Source: Candidatus Bathyarchaeota archaeon
GTDB taxonomy: Archaea > Thermoproteota > Bathyarchaeia > 40CM-2-53-6
Length of the DNA stretch: 64,000 bases
Reading direction: 5' to 3'
NCBI GenBank assembly: GCA_963753065.1
Contig: CAVWAQ010000002.1
Coordinates: 535-64,534, forward strand
Shown here piece by piece: positions 60,855 through 64,000 of this stretch. Both the position numbers and the translations under genes were made by a program. The notes under the pieces are model-generated. The model ran no database searches. It was not told the DNA's origin and saw nothing but the letters and a program-made list of their open reading frames with translations. Positions within the stretch are counted from its first letter, which is position 1; each line of letters begins with the position of its first letter.

Positions 60855-61628
60855 TCATAGCGCTTCTCGGAAAAGATCACGGCTCCTATTCATCGCTAGC
60901 TTGGAACCGATGTTTCGCTTGCTCATGCTGATTCTCTTGGCACCCTTGATGATGGCTGCTGGGACTCCTTCTGCGCCTTGACCCATTACGAGTTCCGCGG
61001 CGCAGGCAAGCTCATCGGCGATCGATACGAACTTGAACTTCAGGATGTTGCCGAACAAGTCCTTGGCCCCACGGTAGTCAACAAACGGATTGAGTCCGCT
61101 CGTGCCGATCGCGAATTCGCTCTGTCCAGCTCTGAAGGGCCTACTGTACGTGTCAGTAACGATTACCTGCACGCGTTTTCCGGTTTGCTTCAATATTCGT
61201 TTCGCGATCCGCGCAGCTGATAGCTTCGGGTTCCAAGGTAGGAGACAGTACGTGTCGGGACCTTCCACATTGGATTTGTCGATGCCAGCGTTCAAGCACA
61301 CGATCCCGTGCTTAGTCTCAACAAGAAGTATCCTAGGCTTGGCCCTGATGACCCGACACGATTCGTTGAGGATCAACTGAACAAGCCGGGGATCCTTCAG
61401 GCATTTTCGTGCGATCTTGATTGCATGGGCAGATGGTTTGACTCCGGAGAGTCGACGGATCCGACCTTCCGATTTCGAGATGATCTTGTGACCAATGACG
61501 AGAACATCGCCATTCGCAATTCGGATATGAAGGCGCCTCGCCCTCTCTAACACCAGTTCGGCGATGTCATCCCCCGGCTTCACTAGCGGAAAACCCTTCA
61601 GCCCAAGGATTCTCACATCGCCTCTCAT
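60855..61628 (-). CDS. cofE: Coenzyme F420-0:L-glutamate ligase
   Basis: LGLKGFPLVKPGDDIAELV, GDVLVIGHKIISKSEGR, NAGIDKSN, VIVTDTYSRPFRAGQSEFAIG and ELVMGQGAEGVPAAIIKG are present. Confidence 0.85.
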   Translation of the reverse strand: MRGDVRILGLKGFPLVKPGDDIAELVLERARRLHIRIANGDVLVIGHKIISKSEGRIRRLSGVKPSAHAIKIARKCLKDPRLVQLILNESCRVIRAKPRILLVETKHGIVCLNAGIDKSNVEGPDTYCLLPWNPKLSAARIAKRILKQTGKRVQVIVTDTYSRPFRAGQSEFAIGTSGLNPFVDYRGAKDLFGNILKFKFVSIADELACAAELVMGQGAEGVPAAIIKGAKRISMSKRNIGSKLAMNRSRDLFREAL

Positions 61629-61689
61629 TCTTCATCACGGACTGCGCTCAAATCCTCTCGAATCACATCCTCCATATAGATAAGATAGA

Positions 61690-63109
61690 GGCTGGCCGAA
61701 AATTCATAGCGGTTGACTTGGTTGTGTCAACTGCGCTTCTTTTCGGTTTCTGGGCTCACTCGGTTCTGCGCCGAGTTCATCCCCAGCTTGGGCCAAGCCT
61801 ACTGTGGCCCTTCGGGTCGTGGCCAATGGCAAGAAACGCGACCCGATATTCAATGCGCCAACATAGTCCGCGTTGTAGATGAGCTCACAGCCCCAGCAGT
61901 GGAAGATGCTCTGCGTGGGACGGTCCGTGTTCCGTGAGCCGCAACGCGGACAAGTCATGCTCGTCCACCGCTCATCCACGACGCGGACGGGGATGCCGTG
62001 TTCAGCGCATTCTTCTTGGATGAAGCGTATGGCACGGCCATACGCCCACCCAGTCAACAGTCTACGCAGGTACGGCTTCCCGTTACCACGATATGCGCTA
62101 CGATACTTCAACAGCTTCGGGTGTCCGACCGCGACGAGCGTACGATTCGATAGATCCGCGACCTGTTTCGCCATGAGATGGTCATAGTATTCTGCCACGT
62201 GCATACGTTTGTGTCGGAGACGCTTCAGTGGTTCCCACTTTCGCGCCCGCTGCAGCTCCGCGATTCTGCGGTTCAACATTCGAAGACGGGCACGCTTCGT
62301 ACCACCCCGAACCGTCTTGAAGTCGTATCCTCCGAGCTGCTTCATGGCTACAGTTGCTACTGAGCGTTTCACGCCGAGGTCTATCCCGCGCACTGCATGG
62401 GCTGGCTGGTCGGGGACGCTGTACTCAACCTTCACATGAACGTAGTATTTGCCATCGCGTTTCACAAGCTGGAAGCTCTTCAAGTCACTCTTCGACAGCA
62501 GATCCAGATGGTACATCGCAGGATTCAGTGGAATTGTGAGCTTTGCGCCTCTTCGCAGCGTGGAGACACGTGCGACGCACGGGCATAGTTTCGCCCTCTC
62601 AGATTTCTCGATAGAGCCGAGTTGGCTGTCGAACCATATTGGAACCTTACGGCGCATGCCTTTCGTGAATGGCTTCTGGGGTTCACGTTTCAGCAGCCGC
62701 CGCAGCCATCGCCAATCTCCGTTCCGTCTCGCTTCGGCGACCTGCCGTCGCCATTTACGATGCAGTGTCCTGTAGCTGCTCCACATCCACTTCGTCGTAT
62801 CGTAGCAGCATTGAACCATATGTCCAGGCAGATGCGTCTCAGCCTTCACCTGTTCGTAGAACCGCGCCCTATCCGCATAGGTGCCTTCCAGGTTGTACTC
62901 ATCGAACCGTTTCGACCAGAGACAAACACCATATGTCAGTCGAGCCGTGAGCTTGTCGAGGATGCAGCGTTTCCGCTCCGTTAACGCGTAGTGAACCGGC
63001 ACACAAACAGTCTTGACAACCTGCAAGGCTGACAATTCCTTCTAGTTGAAGTTTAAATGGGCGAGAGATGAGTGAAGATTAACACGTCAGTGGCGATTTC
63101 CGGCCAGCC
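61690..63109 (-). mobile_element. TIR-bounded 1,420-bp element carrying only a tnpB gene
   Basis: GGCTGGCCGAAAAT (61690-61703) and ATTTCCGGCCAGCC (63096-63109) are inverted repeats matching at 13 of 14 positions. One lies immediately outside the tnpB stop and the other about 60 nt upstream of its start. There is no tnpA. An ATTTAAAC TATA-like box (complement 63058-63051) lies inside the element. Confidence 0.65.
61704..63035 (-). CDS. tnpB: TnpB (IS200/IS605 OrfB-family RuvC-like RNA-guided nuclease)
   Basis: The 443-aa ORF has a TTG start. RuvC-I is RGIDLGVKR, RuvC-II is VRVVDERWTS, the zinc finger is CPRCG...CWGC, and RuvC-III is NADYVGALNI. Confidence 0.9.
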   Translation of the reverse strand: MSALQVVKTVCVPVHYALTERKRCILDKLTARLTYGVCLWSKRFDEYNLEGTYADRARFYEQVKAETHLPGHMVQCCYDTTKWMWSSYRTLHRKWRRQVAEARRNGDWRWLRRLLKREPQKPFTKGMRRKVPIWFDSQLGSIEKSERAKLCPCVARVSTLRRGAKLTIPLNPAMYHLDLLSKSDLKSFQLVKRDGKYYVHVKVEYSVPDQPAHAVRGIDLGVKRSVATVAMKQLGGYDFKTVRGGTKRARLRMLNRRIAELQRARKWEPLKRLRHKRMHVAEYYDHLMAKQVADLSNRTLVAVGHPKLLKYRSAYRGNGKPYLRRLLTGWAYGRAIRFIQEECAEHGIPVRVVDERWTSMTCPRCGSRNTDRPTQSIFHCWGCELIYNADYVGALNIGSRFLPLATTRRATVGLAQAGDELGAEPSEPRNRKEAQLTQPSQPL

Positions 63110-63327
63110 TAAAGATGCTTTGGCGACTGGCGAATCGGGCGGGTCGTGGTTTCTGGCAATCGACGCTTGCAGAGTGGCTGCGTGTTCATGTGTTTCGGGG
63201 TTCGCGCCAAATTCCCTGCTCAGTCATATGGTTGGTCCAAGAAGAGCTTTTATGTGACTGAATCAGTGGAACGTCGAACTTCCACGAACAAGGTGTGGGC
63301 ATAAGTTTGGCATGGGCATTTGAGGAC

Positions 63328-64000
63328 ATGGCGCTTTGGACTATCCTGTTCATCGCGATAGCGGCTCTGGTTTATGCGTACCTGCTCTCGCGTCAGATTC
63401 GACGTGAGGACTCCGGTTCGGGCAAGATGAAAGAAGTTTGGCAAGCCATATTGAATGGCGCGAACGCCTACTTGAGGACGCAAATCAAGTCGATCGTGCC
63501 TTTCATAGCCATCTTAACCGTCGTGCTCTATCTCACGTCAGCCCTCGTGGGGGGACCCTTCAACATCTCCATCGGCCGAGCCGGCGCGTTCTTGATGGGG
63601 TCGGTCTTCTCAGCCTCGGTCGGCTACTTGGGCATGAATATGGCCGTTAGAGGAAACGTCCGAGTGGCCTCAGCCGCAAGGAAAGGCTTCCGCGGCGCCC
63701 TTAAAATCGCTTACAGGTCAGGCACAATAACGGGCATGCTGACCGACGGGCTCGGACTTTTCGGGGGAACGGTAATCTTCATGATCTACCGGCAATCGGC
63801 GCCGCAAGTTCTCCTAGGATTCGGATTCGGAGGCACGCTTATCGCACTATTCATGCGAGTTGGCGGAGGCATATACACAAAAGCCGCCGATGTCGGAGCG
63901 GATCTCGTCGGGAAAGTCGAGAAAAACATCCCCGAAGATGACCCCAGAAATGCAGCTGTCGTAGCCGATCTAGTCGGCGACAACGTTGGCGACTGCGCTG
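63328..64000 (+). CDS. hppA: Membrane-bound H+-translocating pyrophosphatase (5' part; runs off the window)
   Basis: It is not in the ORF track because it is truncated. My hand translation from ATG 63328 gives MALWTILFIAIAALVYAYLL...GANAYLRTQ...GFGFGGTLIALFMRVGGGIYTKAADVGADLVGKVEKNIPEDDPRNAAVVADLVGDNVGDCA, the canonical V-PPase motifs. Confidence 0.9.
   Translation, partial: MALWTILFIAIAALVYAYLLSRQIRREDSGSGKMKEVWQAILNGANAYLRTQIKSIVPFIAILTVVLYLTSALVGGPFNISIGRAGAFLMGSVFSASVGYLGMNMAVRGNVRVASAARKGFRGALKIAYRSGTITGMLTDGLGLFGGTVIFMIYRQSAPQVLLGFGFGGTLIALFMRVGGGIYTKAADVGADLVGKVEKNIPEDDPRNAAVVADLVGDNVGDCA

Noticed and set aside
1-64000. I looked for tRNA, rRNA, RNase P RNA and SRP RNA genes.
   Set aside because: In the intergenic regions I inspected I saw no cloverleaf-compatible sequence and no conserved rRNA, RNase P (GAGGAAAGTCC-type) or SRP (GGAAGCAGCC-type) motifs. 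The conserved element core occurs three times, so it is not a single-copy housekeeping RNA. tRNAscan-SE and Infernal would be needed to exclude these definitively.

Overview
The window looks like an archaeal chromosome segment of roughly 52% GC. The markers are archaeal-type HMG-CoA synthase with its DUF35 partner, CofE, TrmI, a membrane H+-pyrophosphatase, an archaeosortase-family protein, TRAM and PRC-barrel proteins, and many VapBC/AbrB-PIN modules. I saw no rRNA, tRNA or CRISPR array by eye. The window splits into seven parts. (1) 1-2.6 kb holds a divergent pair of KaiC/RecA-like ATPases, one of them membrane-anchored. (2) 2.8-15.5 kb is a cell-envelope island: a PEF-CTERM-like surface protein, two DUF2029/GT-C-like glycosyltransferases, an archaeosortase-like protein with Ser at the usual Cys position, and paralogous anchored surface proteins. 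(3) 15.7-37 kb is housekeeping and transport genes. (4) 35-46.6 kb is an amino-sugar cluster followed by decayed HAD and kinase gene fragments. These fragments bracket a VapBC module and a 6-kb island of S53 peptidase, CARDB and LamG surface proteins that share Ser/Thr-rich tandem repeats. (5) 46.6-57.5 kb is a glycan-biosynthesis cluster. (6) 58-60.5 kb holds toxin-antitoxin cassettes separated by a hairpin repeat unit. (7) 61.7-63.1 kb is a tnpB element bounded by terminal inverted repeats (TIRs). The most unusual signal is a structured noncoding element of about 330-440 nt, seen at 4515-4898, 58037-58473 and as a fragment at 2597-2739. It sits at one fixed position inside that hairpin unit. 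At least five conserved genes carry apparent single-base frameshifts, so assembly indels must be excluded before any of them is interpreted biologically. All protein calls come from motif recognition by eye, not from searches.
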